NCBI GenBank assembly: GCA_964016885.1
Contig: CAXHJY010001376.1
Span: 1-64,000, forward strand
Direction: 5' to 3'
DNA length: 64,000 nucleotides
DNA from: Eledone cirrhosa
Taxonomy: Eukaryota
Every line of letters starts with the position of its first letter. Positions within the stretch are counted from its first letter, which is position 1. The notes beneath the pieces are model-generated. The model saw only the letters and a list, made by a program, of their open reading frames with translations, was not told the origin of the DNA and did not search any database. A program made the translations under genes and the position numbers. Shown here one piece after another: positions 16,207-31,402 of this stretch.

Positions 16207-16638
16207 TCTAAAACTGTTTCGTACTTAATTCTGCAGTTTCTCTTTCTCATTTAGTGAAGGTAATTTGCGATTTAAGAAAGATTGGTTGTTATATCTCAGG
16301 TGTGGTAAAAGCATTTCTGAAATGGGGGGAGAGGGGCCAAATTTGGACAATTTAGTTGTAGTGATTAGTTTAGTTCTTTGCACTCTAAAATGGTCAGAAA
16401 ACTTCGATATGCGATAAACATAACATGTACATAAATTGTAGCACATATCCAAATAGATGTGTGTTTTGGTAGTTTGGGGAGAAAATAGAATTATTGGAGG
16501 GGGCACCCCCACCCCAGTTCCACATTCACTGTATATATGTAATTAAAAATAATTATGCTCTGTGACCTTTTCTAAGGGGTTAATATATCAAGCTAATTCG
16601 CATTTGGTAAGAAACTTGTATTATACCCAATTTATTCA

Positions 16639-16678
<40 letters not shown>

Positions 16679-16931
16679 TTCTATTTCTCCGTAACCCAAC
16701 GGCTTATTTTAAAAATATCCAATACTAATAATTAACGCTATAACTCCACTATCCGGGAGCTTCCAACAGCAATGGTTGCATTCTTTAAGGGTATGTCAAT
16801 ATTTATTTATAAAACTGATCTATATTATATTTTATCTGATGAAAGCACACCATAATTTAACTTGGTGTCCTTGAAATATGTATAATGAAATAAATATGGT
16901 TTTATAAATATAGTTTCCATTTGTTAATATC

Positions 16932-16966
<35 letters not shown>

Positions 16967-16970
<4 letters not shown>

Positions 16971-17160
16971 TAAAGTGGTCCTTCATCAGTGATTTTCCAA
17001 CCATCATCGGTATTTCTTCGCTTTAAAGACCATATACCTCCGGTTGGTGCGAGCAACGGCTAAAGAAAGTCGTTGGGACATGTAAATAAAGGGAACAGCG
17101 AGAGTGTAAACAAACAATGATGGTGAAGCAACGAAAAGTGAGGAAGAACGAGTCAAATCC
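16967..17160 (-). mobile_element. Family E interspersed repeat in (TA)n; relatives at 51265-51420 (-) and 56211-56307 (+)
   Basis: Shared atgatggttgg..aatcactga(t/c)ga.ggac block in three copies; class unknown. Confidence 0.55.
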
Positions 17161-17192
17161 CAATATATATATATATATATATATATATGCAT

Positions 17193-17370
17193 ACATTCAT
17201 TTATTGTGGCTATTGGTGAGTTTAGTTACTCTAAAGTTTCAGCTGCTCACTCACAAGATCACCAGTCTTGTCTGATGATCCTGTGAGTACGCAGGTGAGA
17301 TTCCAGAGTAACAAGGCTTAGCCATAATAAATGGATATCCAAACTCTACTTCGGTATTGAGTTTTCACTC
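17193..17370 (+). mobile_element. Family C fold-back element with hammerhead motif
   Basis: gtcttgt-CTGATGA(17272)-tcctgtg agta cgcaggt-GAGA-ttc ca gag-TA-acaaggc; upstream inverted arm; tail actctacttcggtattgagt. Confidence 0.75.
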
Positions 17371-17540
17371 TTATGTCTATCAATAATTCACATACTCTTA
17401 GGTCTTGAATAATCATCCCCACCCCGCGTTTATCAATTTGTCAGATTTTTTCCACCCCACCCGCTTATTAAATTTTGCTAATCTATCTCCGGCGAATTTT
17501 TATTGCGATTCATTTTGATACAGCAGCTGTAGATCTAATA

Positions 17541-17729
17541 ATAATTGTTTCTACTTTTGGCACAAGGCCAGCAATTACTCCAGTGCATTACTGGTACTTT
17601 ATTTTATCGACCGCGTAAGGATGAAAGGCAAAGTTGACCTCCGCGGGATTTGAACTCAGATCATAAAGGGCCGTAACTCTATGTTGCAAAGCATGGCGTC
17701 CGACCCTCTACCGATACTGCCAATCCACC
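17541..17729 (-). mobile_element. SINE family 1, full length, TSD agatctaataataatt
   Basis: Sequence match; flanking duplication at 17531 and 17737. Confidence 0.9.
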
Positions 17730-17776
17730 TTATTGAAGATCTAATAATAATTTTAACAAACCATTATATATGACAA

Positions 17777-17963
17777 GGTGGACTGGCAGTATCGGTAGAG
17801 GGTCTGACGCCATGCTTTGCAGCAAAGAGTTACGCCCCTTTATGGTTTGAGTTCAAATCCCGCCGAGGTTAACTTTGCCTTTCATCCTTACGGGGTCGAT
17901 AAAATAAAGTACCAGTAATGCACTGGATAGTTGCTGGCCTTGTGCCAAAAGTAGAAACAATTA
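17777..17963 (+). mobile_element. SINE family 1, full length, TSD attatatatgacaa
   Basis: Sequence match; flanking duplication at 17763 and 17960. Confidence 0.9.
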
Positions 17964-18302
17964 TATATGACAAAAGAAGAACATTACAAGAAATCCCATA
18001 TTTACGAACGTACACGATACAATTAGATTGCCTGTGTGTGTGTCTATCTTTTGGTACTTATTCCAGCTTCCTGCGTTTCGGATTCAAATCCCGTAGAGTT
18101 GAATCTTATTTTTCATCGTTTTTGTATCATTAAATAAAGTACCTGTCTAATTCTGGGGGTAGATTCTTCTCTTTCTTTCTCTCTAGAAGAACATGGCTGC
18201 GCTGCGCTGAGTCCTGGAGAAGGATAACCTCCTCCAGTTTTAAGATATCCAAGAAAAAGGATGTGAGAGAGAAAGAGATGTAGGGCGTTATATGTGTGCG
18301 TG

Positions 18303-18355
<53 letters not shown>

Positions 18356-18656
18356 TTCTGTGTATAAAGAAATGCATCAGGAAAGAGAGAGATAGAAAAC
18401 GAACGGTGGAAGGGAGGGGGAAGAAAGAGAGGAAGAAAGAGAAGGATAGAAGGGAGGAGGTAAGAGATGAAGAATGGAAGGTAGAGAGAGAGAGATGGGT
18501 GGAAGAAGTGAGATGTCTCTAATAATATTAAACAAGTTAGAAGAGTGCGACCTTTATTCAGTGTGTGGTATGTGAAAAGTTGGGAGAGGAAATCCTGCAT
18601 AGCAAGAAACTGTTCCATAATAAACCATCGGCTTTACTTGAAAAACCTAGTTTAAA

Positions 18657-21600
18657 CATCAGCACTACCACCAGCACTACCATCAGCACTACCATCAGCA
18701 CTACCACAGCACTACCACCAGCACTACCATCAGCACTACCATCAGCACTACCATCAGCACTACCACCAGCACTACCACCAGCACTACCATCAGCACTACC
18801 ACAGCACTACCACAGCACTACCATCAGCACTACCATCAGCACTACCATCAGCACTACCACCAGCACTACCACCAGCACTACCATCAGCACTACCATCAGC
18901 ACTACCACCAGCACTACCACCAGCACTACCATTAGCACTACCATCAGCACTACCATCAGCACTACCACCAGCACTACCACAGCACTACCACCAGCACTAC
19001 CATCAGCACTACCACCAACACTACCATCAGCACTACCATCAGCACTACCATCAGCACTACCACCAGCACTACCACCAGCACTACCATTAGCACTACCATC
19101 AGCACTACCATCAGCACTACCACCAGCACTACCACAGCACTACCATCAGCACTACCATCAGCACTACCACCAGCACTACCATCAGCATTACCATCAGCAC
19201 TACCACCAGCACTACCACCAACACTACCACCAGCACTACCATCAGCACTACCATCAGCACTACCATCAGCACTACCACCAGCACTACCATCAGCACTACC
19301 ATCAGCACTACCACCAGCACTACCATCTGCACTACCATCAGCACTACCATCAGCACTACCATCAGCACTACCACCAGCACTACCATCAGCACTACCACCA
19401 GCACTACCATCAGCACTACCATCAGCACTACCACCAGCACTACCATCTGCACTACCATCAGCACTACCATCAGCACTACCATCAGCACTACCACCAGCAC
19501 TACCACCAGCACTACCATCAGCACTACCATCAGCACTACCACCAGCACTACCACCAACACTACCATCAGCACTACCATCAGCACTACCACCAGCACTACC
19601 ATCAGCACTACCATCAACACTACCACCAGCACTACCATCAGCGCTACCATCAGCACTACCACCAGCACTACCACCAGCACTACCACCAGCATTACCACCA
19701 ACACTACCACCAACACTACCACCAACACTACCACCAACACTACCATCAGCACTACCATCAGCACTACCATCAGCACTACCACCAGCATTACCACCAACAC
19801 TACCACCAACACTACCACCAACACTACCACCAACACTACCATCAGCACTACCATCAGCACTACCACCAGCACTACCATCAGCACTACCATCAGCACTACC
19901 ACCAGCACTACCATCAGCGCTACCATCAGCACTACCACCAGCACTACCACCAGCACTACCATCAGCACTACCACCAGCACTACCACCAGCACTACCACCA
20001 ACACTACCACCAGCACTACCACCAGCACTACCATCAGCACTACCACCAGCACTACCATCAGCACTACCATCAGCACTACCACCAGCACTACCATCTGCAC
20101 TACCATCAGCACTACCACCAGCACTACCACCAGCACTACCACCAGCACTACCACCAACACTACCACCAGCACTACCACCAACACTACCATCAACACTACC
20201 ATCAGCACTACCACCAGCACTACCACCAACACTACCACCAGCACTACCACCAGCACTACCATCAGCACTACCACCAGCACTACCACCAGCACTACCACCA
20301 ACACTACCACCAGCACTACCACCAGCACTACCACCAGCACTACCACCAGCACTACCATCAGCACTACCATCAACACTACCACCAGCACTACCATCAGCAC
20401 TACCATCAGCACTACCACCAGCACTACCATCAGCACTACCACCAGCACTACCATCAGCACTACCACCAGCACTACCATCAGCACTACCACCAGCACTACC
20501 ACCAGCACTACCATCAGCACTACCAGCAGCACTACCACCAGCACTACCACCAGCACTACCACCAGCACTACCATCAGCACTACCACCAGCACTACCACCA
20601 GCACTACCATCAACACTACCATCAGCACTACCATCAGCACTACCATCAGCACTACCATCAACACTACCACCAACACTACCATCAACACTACCACCAACAC
20701 TACCACCAACACTACCACCAACACTACCACCAACACTACCATCAACACTACCACCAACACTACCACCAACACTACCACCAACACTACCATCAACACTACC
20801 ATCAGCACTACCACCAGCACTACCACCAACACTACCACCAACACTACCATCAACACTACCACCAGCACTACCACCAACACTACCACCAACACTACCACCA
20901 ACACTACCATGAACACTACCACCAACACTACCACCAACACTACCACCAACACTACCATCAGCACTACCACCAACACTACCACCAACACTACCAACAACAC
21001 TACCATCAACACTACCATCAGCACTACCACCAGCACTACCACCAACACTACCACCAACACTACCATCAGCACTACCACCAACACTACCACCAACACTACC
21101 ACCAACACTACCATCAACACTACCATCAGCACTACCACCAACACTACCACCAGCACTACCACCAACACTACCACCAACACTACCATCAACACTACCATCA
21201 ACACTACCACCAACACTACCACCAACACTACCATCAACACTACCACCAACACTACCACCAACACTACCATCAACACTACCACCAACACTACCATCAACAC
21301 TACCATCAGCACTACCATCAACACTACCATCAGCACTACCATCAGCACTACCATCAACACTACCATCAGCACTACCATCAGCACTACCATCAGCACTACC
21401 ACCAACACTACCACCAACACTACCATCAACACTACCACCAACACTACCATCAGCACTACCATCAGCACTACCATCAACACTACCACCAGCACTACCACCA
21501 GCACTACCATCAGCACTACCATCAGCACTACCATCAACACTACCATCAGCACTACCATCAGCACTACCATCAGCACTACCATCAACACTACCATCAGCAC

Positions 21601-24600
21601 TACCATCAGCACTACCATCAGCACTACCACCAGCACTACCATCAGCACTACCATCAACACTACCACCAACACTACCACCAGCACTACCATCAGCACTACC
21701 ATCAGCACTACCATCAACACTACCATCAGCACTACCATCAGCACTACCATCAGCACTACCATCAGCACTACCACCAACACTACCATCAACACTACCACCA
21801 ACACTACCATCAACACTACCACCAGCACTACCACCAACACTACCATCAACACTACCACCAACATTACCATCAGCACTACCACCAGCACTACCATTAGCAC
21901 TACCACCAGCACTACCACCAGCACTACCACCAACACAACCATCAGCACTACCATCAGCACTACCATCAGCACTACCATCAGCACTACCATCAGCACTATC
22001 ATCAGCACTACCACCAGCACTACCACCAGCACTACCATCAGCACTACCACCAGCACTACCACCAGCACTACCACCAGCACTATCATCAGCACTACCATCA
22101 GCACTACCACCAGCACTACCACCAGCACTATCATCAGCACTACCACCAACACTACCACCAGCACTACCATCAACACTACCACCAACACTACCACCAACAC
22201 TACCACCAACACTACCATCAGCACTACCATCAGCACTACCATCAGCACTACCACCAACACTACCATCAGCACTACCATCAGCACTACCATCAGCACTACC
22301 ACCAACACTACCACCAGCACTACCATCAGCACTACCATCAGCACTACCACCAACACTACCACCAGCACTACCAGCAGCACTACCACCAACACTACCAGCA
22401 GCACTACCATCAACACTACCACTAGCACTACCACCAGCACTACCATCAGCACTACCATCAACACTACCATCAGCACTACCACCAGCACTACCATCAGCAC
22501 TACCATCAGCACTACCACCAACACTACCATCAGCACTACCATCAGCACTACCATCAGCACTACCATCAACACTACCACCAACACTGCCATCAGCACTACC
22601 ACCAACACTACCATCAGCATTACCATCAGCACTACCATCAGCACTACCACCAACACTACCATCAGCACTACCATCAGCACTACCATCAGCACTACCACCA
22701 GCACTACCATCAGCATTACCATCAGCACTACCATCAGCACTACCATCAGCACTACCATCAGCACTACCACCAACACTACCACCAACACTACCATCAGCAC
22801 TACCATCAGCACTACCATCAGCACTACCACCAACACTACCATCAGCACTACCATCAGCACTACCATCAGCACTACCACCAACACTACCACCAGCACTACC
22901 ATCAGCACTACCATCAGCACTACCACCAACACTACCACCAACACTACCATCAGCACTACCATCAACACTACCACCAGCACTACCATCAGCACTACCACCA
23001 ACACTACCATCAACACTACCACCAACACTACCACCAACACTACCATCAACACTACCACCAACACTACCATCAACACTGCCATCAGCACTACCATCAGCAC
23101 TACCATCAGCACTACCATCAGCACTACCATCAACACTCCCATCAGCACTACCATCAGCACTACCACAGCACTACCACCAGCACTACCATCAGCACTACCA
23201 TCAGCATTACCATCAGCACTACCACCAGCACTACCATCAGCACTACCATCAGCATTACCATCAGCACTACCATCAGCATTACCATCAGCACTACCACCAG
23301 CACTACCACCAGCACTACCATCAGCACTACCATCAGCACTACCATCAGCACTACCACCACCACTACCATCAGCACTACCATCAGCATTACCATCAGCACT
23401 ACCACCAGCATTACCATCAGCACTACCATCAGCACTACCACCAGCACTACCACCAGCACTACCATCAGCACTACCATCAGCACTACCACCAACACTACCA
23501 CCAGCACTACCACCAGCACTACCATCAGCACTACCACCAGCACTACCATCAGCACTACCATCAGCACTACCACCAACACTACCATCAGCACTACCATCAG
23601 CATTACCATCAGCACTACCACCAGCACTACCACCAGCACTACCATCAGCACTACCATCACCACTACCATCAGCACTACCATCAGGACTACCATCAGCACT
23701 ACCATCAGCACTACCACCAACACTACCACCAGCACTACCACCAGCACTACCATCAGCACTACCATCAGCATTACCATCAGCACTACCACCAGCACTACCA
23801 TCAGCACTACCATCAGCATTACCATCAGCACTACCATCAGCATTACCATCAGCACTACCACCAGCACTACCACCAGCACTACCATCAGCACTACCATCAC
23901 CACTACCATCAGCACTACCATCAGCATTACCATCAGCACTACCACCAACACTACCACCAGCACTACCACCAGCACTACCATCAGCACTACCATCAGCATT
24001 ACCATCAGCACTACCACCAGCACTACCATCAGCACTACCATCAGCATTACCATCAGCACTACCATCAGCATTACCATCAGCACTACCACCAGCACTACCA
24101 CCAGCACTACCATCAGCACTACCATCACCACTACCATCAGCACTACCATCAGCATTACCATCAGCACTACCATCACCACTACCATCAGCACTACCACCAG
24201 CACTACCATCAGCATTACCATCAGCACTACCACCACCACTACCATCAGCACTACCACCAACACTACCATCAACACTACAATCAACACTACCATCAACACT
24301 ACCACCAACACTACCACCAGCATTACCATCAGCACTACCACCACCACTACCATCAGCACTACCACCAACACTACCACCAACACTACCATCAGCACTACCA
24401 TCAGCACTACCATCAGCACTACCACCAACACTACCACCAGCACTACCATCAGCACTACCATCAGCACTACCACCAACACTACCACCAACACTACCATCAG
24501 CACTACCATCAACACTACCACCAGCACTACCATCAGCACTACCACCAACACTACCATCAACACTACCACCAACACTACCACCAACACTACCACCAGCATT

Positions 24601-27600
24601 ACCATCAGCACTACCACCACCACTACCATCAGCACTACCACCAACACTACCACCAACACTACCATCAGCACTACCACCAGCACTACCATCAGCATTACCA
24701 TCAGCACTACCACCACCACTACCATCAGCACTACCATCAACACTACCACCAACACTACCATCAACACTACCATCAGCACTACCATCAGCACTACCATCAG
24801 CACTACCACCAGCACTACCACCAGCACTACCATCAGCACTACCATCAGCACTACCATCAGCACTACCATCAGCATTACCATCAGCACTACCATCAGCACT
24901 ACCACCAGCACTACCACCAGCACTACCATCAGCATTACCATCAGCACTACCACCACCACTACCATCAGCACTACCACCAACACTACCACCAACACTACCA
25001 TCAGCACTACCACCAGCACTACCATCAGCACTACCATCAGCACTACCCTCAGCACTACCACCAGCACTACCATCAGCACTACCATCAGCATTACCACCAG
25101 CACTACCATCAGCACTACCATCAGCATTACCATCAGCACTACCATCAGCATTACCATCAGCACTACCACCAGCACTACCACCAGCACTACCATCAGCACT
25201 ACCATCAGCACTACCATCAGCACTACCATCAGTATTACCATCAGCACTACCATCAGCACTACCACCAGCATTATCATCAGCACTACCACCAACACTACCA
25301 CCAACACTACCACCAGCATTACCATCAGCACTACCACCAACACTACCACCAACACTACCATCAGCACTACCACCAGCACTACCATCAGCACTACCACCAA
25401 CACTACCACAAGCACTACCATCAGCCTTACAATCAACACTACCACCAGCACTACCACCAGCACTACCATCAGCACTACCACCAGCACTACCATCAGCACT
25501 ACCATCAGCACTACCATCAGCACTACCATCAGCACTACCATCAACACTACCATCAACACTACCATCAACACTACCATCAGCACTACCATCAGCACTACCA
25601 CCAGCACTACCACCAGCACTACCATCAGCACTACCACCAACACTACCATCAACACTACCATCAACACTACCATCAACACTACCGCCAACACTACCATCAG
25701 CACTACCATCAGCACTACCACCAGCACTACCATCAGCACTACCATCAGCACTACCATCAGCACTACCATCAGCACTACCATCAGCACTACCACCAGCATC
25801 ACCATCAGCACTACCATCAGCACTACCATCAGCACTACCATCAGCACTACCACCAGCACTACCATCAGCACTACCATCAGCACTACCACAGCACTACCAC
25901 CAGCACTACCATCAACACTACCATCAGCACTACCATCAGCACTACCATCAGCACTACCATCAGCCTTACAATCAACACTACCACCAGCACTACCATCAAC
26001 ACTACCATCAACACTACCATCAGCACTACCATCAGCACTACCATCAGCCTTACAATCAACACTACCACCAGCACTACCATCAGCAGTACCACCAACACTA
26101 CCACCAGCACTACCATCAGCACTACCATCAGCCTTACAATCAACACTACCACCAGCACTACCATCAGCACTACCATCAGCACTACCATCAGCCTTACAAT
26201 CAACACTACCACCAGCACTACCATCAGCACTACCACCAACACTACCACCAACACTACCACCAGCACTACCATCAGCACTACCATCAGCCTTACAATCAAC
26301 ACTACCACCAGCACTACCATCAGCACTACCACCAACACTACCACCAGCACTACCATCAGCATTACCATCAGCACTACCACCAGCACTACCACCAGCACTA
26401 CCATCAGCACTACCATCAGCACTACCATCAGCATTACCATCAGCACTACCATCAGCACTACCACCAGCACTACCACCAGCACTACCATCAGCATTACCAT
26501 CAGCACTACCACCACCACTACCATCAGCACTACCACCAACACTACCATCAGCACTACCATCAGCACTACCACCAACACTACCCTCAGCACTATCATCAGC
26601 ACTACCACCAACACTACCATCAGCACTACCATCAGCACTACCATCAGCACTACCACCAGCACTACCCTCAGCACTACCATCAGCACTACCACCAACACTA
26701 CCATCAGCACTACCATCAGCACTACCATCAGCACTACCATCAGCACTACCACCAGCACTACCATCAGCACTACCACCAGCACTACCACCAGCACTACCAT
26801 CAGCACTACCACCAGCACTACCCTCAGCACTACCATCAGCACTACCATCAGCATTACCATCAGCACTACCATCAGCACTACCCTCAGCACTACCACCAGT
26901 ACTACCATCAGCACTACCATCAGCACTACCATCAGCACTACCACCAACACTACCATCAGCACTACCATCAGCACTACCACCAGCACTACCATCAGCACTA
27001 CCACCAGCACTACCACCAGCACTACCACCAGCACTACCATCAGCACTACCACCAGCACTACCATCAGCACTACCCTCAGCACTACCACCAGCACTACCAT
27101 CAGCACTACCCTCAGCACTACCACCAGCACTACCATCAGCACTACCATCAGCATTACCATCAGCACTACCACCAGCACTACCATCAGCACTACCATCAGC
27201 ATTACCATCAGCACTACCATCAGCATTACCATCAGCACTACCACCAGCACTACCACCAGCACTACCATCAGCACTACCATCAGCACTACCATCAGCATTA
27301 CCATCAGCACTACCACCAGCACTACCATCAGCACTACCATCAGCATTACCATCAGCACTACCATCAGCATTACCATCAGCACTACCACCAGCACTACCAC
27401 CAGCACTACCATCAGCACTACCATCAGCACTACCATCAGCATTACCATCAGCACTATCATCAGCACTACCACCAGCACTACCACCAGCACTACCATCAGC
27501 ACTACCATCAGCACTACCATCAGCACTACCATCAGTATTACCATCAGCACTACCACCAACACTACCACCAACACTACCACCAGCATTACCATCAGCACTA

Positions 27601-28145
27601 CCACCAACACTACCACCAACACTACCATCAGCACTACCACCAGCACTACCATCAGCACTACCACCAACACTACCACAAGCACTACCATCAGCCTTACAAT
27701 CAACACTACCATCAGCACTACCATCAGTATTACCACCAGCACTACCACCAGCACTACCATCAGCACTACCACCAGCACTACCATCAGCACTACCATCAGC
27801 ACTACCATCAGCACTACCATCAACACTACCATCAGCACTACCATCAGCACTACCACCAGCACTACCACCAGCACTACCATCAGCACTACCACCAACACTA
27901 CCATCAACACTACCATCAACACTACCATCAACTCTACCACCAACACTACCATCAGCACTACCATCAGCACTACCACCAGCACTACCATCAGCACTACCAT
28001 CAGCACTACCATCAGCACTACCATCAGCACTACCATCAGCACTACCACCAGCATTACCATCAGCACTACCATCAGCACTACCATCAGCACTACCATCAGC
28101 ACTACCACCAGCACTACCATCAGCACTACCATCAGCACTACCATC
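18657..28145. repeat. ~9.5 kb satellite of the 12-bp unit CACTACCAYCAR
   Basis: Uninterrupted tandem array; rare 11-bp units shift the frame and explain the giant QHYH/ALPS/STTI ORFs. Confidence 0.98.
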
Positions 28146-28899
28146 ATCACCATCATCACCAACAGCAATACCACCACCAGCACCATCATCACCATCATCA
28201 TCACCACCATCATCACCAACCGTCAGCACTACCATCGGCAATACCATTACCACCAACACTACCACCAACACTACCACCAACACTACCATCAACACTAACA
28301 CCAACACTACCACCAACACTACCATCAACACTACCACCAACACTACCATCAACACTTCCTTCAACCATCACACCACCACCAACACCACACCACTTCAGCC
28401 ACCAACACCATACCACGACACCACACCTCCACAACCACCATAGCCACACCATCACAACCGCCAACACCACCAACACAACACAACAACCCACACAACCACC
28501 AATACCACCAACACAACTCAACCATCAATACCACACCAACACTACACCAACACCAATACCACATCACCACACCACACCAACACCAACACCAACACCACAC
28601 CACCACCACCGCCATTGCCAAAAGTTTACCACTACCAGCACTACAATCACGAGTGCCACTACCAGCACTACAATCACGAGTACCACCACCATCCTCTCCA
28701 CCACCACCACCACCACTACTAATCTACACCACCACCCTATCCACCACCATCCTCTCCACCACCACCACCCCAGCAGGCTGTTGGCATTACTGACAGTTTC
28801 CAGAGAAAGAAATCAAATCACACACTACAGAACATTGCTGCACATTGGAAGGGGGGGGGGGGTTATTGCTGGGGGGGTGGCGTACTGGGGGTGGGTGGG

Positions 28900-28985
28900 G
28901 GTATAGTGTTGGTGAGAGGTGCATTGGTGGTAGTGTTAGTAGTACTAGTGGCGGCTTGGAAGAGTATTGGTAGTAGTAGTAGTAA

Positions 28986-29019
<34 letters not shown>

Positions 29020-29020
29020 C

Positions 29021-29075
<55 letters not shown>

Positions 29076-29428
29076 CGGTGTTGGTGATGTTGTTGTTGGT
29101 GGTGGCGGTGGTATTGTTGGTGGCAATGCTGGTGGTGTTGGTACCGTGATGGTATCGCTGATGGTGATGTTTGTTGTCGTCGTTGGTGGTGGTAGTAGTG
29201 CTGATGTTTTTGTTGTCGTTGGTGGTGGTGGTGGCGGTGTTGTTGTTGCTTTTGGTGGTGGTGGTGGTGATGGCGGTGTTGTTGTTGGTGGTGGTGGCGG
29301 TGGTGTTGTTGTTGCTGTTGGTGGTGATGGTGGTGGTGGTGGTGTTGTTGTTGTTGTTGGTGTTGTTGCAGTTGTTGCTGTTATTGTTATTGGTGGTGGT
29401 TTTGTTGTTATCGTTGGTGTTGTTGCAG

Positions 29429-29459
<31 letters not shown>

Positions 29460-29460
29460 A
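28900..29460. repeat. (AGT)n and (GGT/GTT)n low-complexity tract
   Basis: Directly visible. Confidence 0.9.
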
Positions 29461-29512
29461 GATAGAGGTGGTGTTGGCTTTGGAAAGATAAGTCCGTTTC
29501 CTCTCATCGTTT

Positions 29513-29867
29513 CCAATATTACAACATCCAATACAAGTCCGTCCCCTCATCAGTAGCCAATATTACAACATCCAATACAAGTCCGTCCCCTCATCAGTAG
29601 CCAATATTACAACATCCAATACAAGTCCGTCCCCTCATCAGTAGCCAATATTACAACATCCAATACAAGTCCGTCCCCTCATCAGTAGCCAATATTACAA
29701 CATCCAATACAAGTCCGTCCCCTCATCAGTAGCCAATATTACAACATCCAATACAAGTCCGTTCCCTCATCAGTAGCCAATATTACAACATCCAATACAA
29801 GTCCGTCCCCTCATCAGTAGCCAATATTACAACAACCAATACAAGTCCGTCCCCTCATCAGTAGCCA
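29513..29867. repeat. 44-bp minisatellite, 8 copies
   Basis: Unit ccaatattacaacatccaatacaagtccgtcccctcatcagtag at 29513, 29557 ... 29821; no spacers. Confidence 0.95.
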
Positions 29868-30217
29868 GTTATTATTATAACAATTATTATAACTGTGTTA
29901 CCTAAGATGATATCTGAAAAAGTTATGTTAGTGATTGCATGATGGCAGCATTACGTAAATAATAACATCACAGAAATATGTATAACAGCATATTAACTTA
30001 ATAAAATGAATTATAGAAATCTAGCCATCGTATTTTTATCATTAATGTATGTATACTCCGTCATTGACTATCACATTGGAATTGGAAGGAAACACATGAC
30101 GCTGGGTGCTTAAACCTAATTACATCATTATTCATCAACGGGAATGTTGCAAACATAACCCCAGTTAGTTAACATTTAATAGCACACAAGCACACATATG
30201 TATGTGCATATATATAC

Positions 30218-30297
<80 letters not shown>

Positions 30298-30342
30298 TTT
30301 GTATATCTATAGATATACGGTATGTTGGAGCGAAAGCCTTAA

Positions 30343-30424
30343 TTAAATATTCATATTCATTTATTAAGGGAGAGAGTCTTGTTACTCTGAAGTTTCGCCC
30401 GTTTCTCACAGGGTCATCAGACAG
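30343..30424 (-). ncRNA. Family C hammerhead motif with intact core
   Basis: Minus strand: tgt-CTGATGA-ccctgt gagaa acgggc-GAAA-ctt ca gag-TA-acaagac. Confidence 0.75.
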
Positions 30425-30445
30425 ACACACATACGCACACACACA

Positions 30446-30511
<66 letters not shown>

Positions 30512-30514
30512 CTC

Positions 30515-30545
<31 letters not shown>

Positions 30546-30647
30546 AACACTCACACGCACACACACACACGCACACACACACACAAACACACACAAACAC
30601 ACACACAAACACACACCCATACACACAAACACACACACACAAACACA

Positions 30648-30679
<32 letters not shown>

Positions 30680-30720
30680 AACACACACACGCACACAAAC
30701 AAACACAAACACACACACAA

Positions 30721-30755
<35 letters not shown>

Positions 30756-30858
30756 CACGCACACACACACAGGCGCAAACACACACACACAAACACACAC
30801 ACACACACAAACACAAACACACACACGTATATATATATAGTAGTATACGCACACACAC

Positions 30859-30912
<54 letters not shown>

Positions 30913-31128
30913 GTGTGTGTGCGTATACTACGAACATATATATAAACATACACAGAGAACAGAGGGAAAATGAGACGGGACAGCATCAGCAACATCAGTA
31001 GTAGCAACAACATCATCATCAACAGGTGCAGCAGCAAAGGCATTAGTAAAACAATGATAACAACGCTACAGACAGTCTATATGTAGAGATGTGTGTTTGT
31101 GTGTTTTAATGCAAATGTGTACTTATAC

Positions 31129-31232
31129 ACGGAAAAAATGAAACGAAATTTAATTTCTCACTCTTAGTACGGCTGTTACTTAAATATAAGTATGTATACG
31201 TACATACATATATGTATACAGACGTACAGTAG

Positions 31233-31274
<42 letters not shown>

Positions 31275-31402
31275 CATGTATGTATATATATATACATACT
31301 ACTGTACGTCTGTATACATATATGTATGTACGTATACATACTTATATTTAAGTAACAGCCGTACTAAGAGTGAGAAATGAAATTTCGTTTCATTTTTTCC
31401 GT
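31129..31402. mobile_element. Family H ~270-bp palindrome with microsatellite centre; related arms at ~31620-31775, ~50712-50935 and ~53935-54033
   Basis: Arms acggaaaaaatgaaacgaaattt..ctcactcttagtacggctgttacttaaat and its reverse complement. Confidence 0.75.

Noticed and set aside
18565-28906. Giant ORFs of 778-2665 aa
   Set aside because: Translations of a stop-poor 12-bp satellite, open on both strands, with no domains or evident exon structure
29513-29867. CRISPR-like array or tandem hammerheads (CTGATGAG on the minus strand of each unit)
   Set aside because: Head-to-tail identical units without spacers, no cas genes, and no GAAA or stem II in the unit
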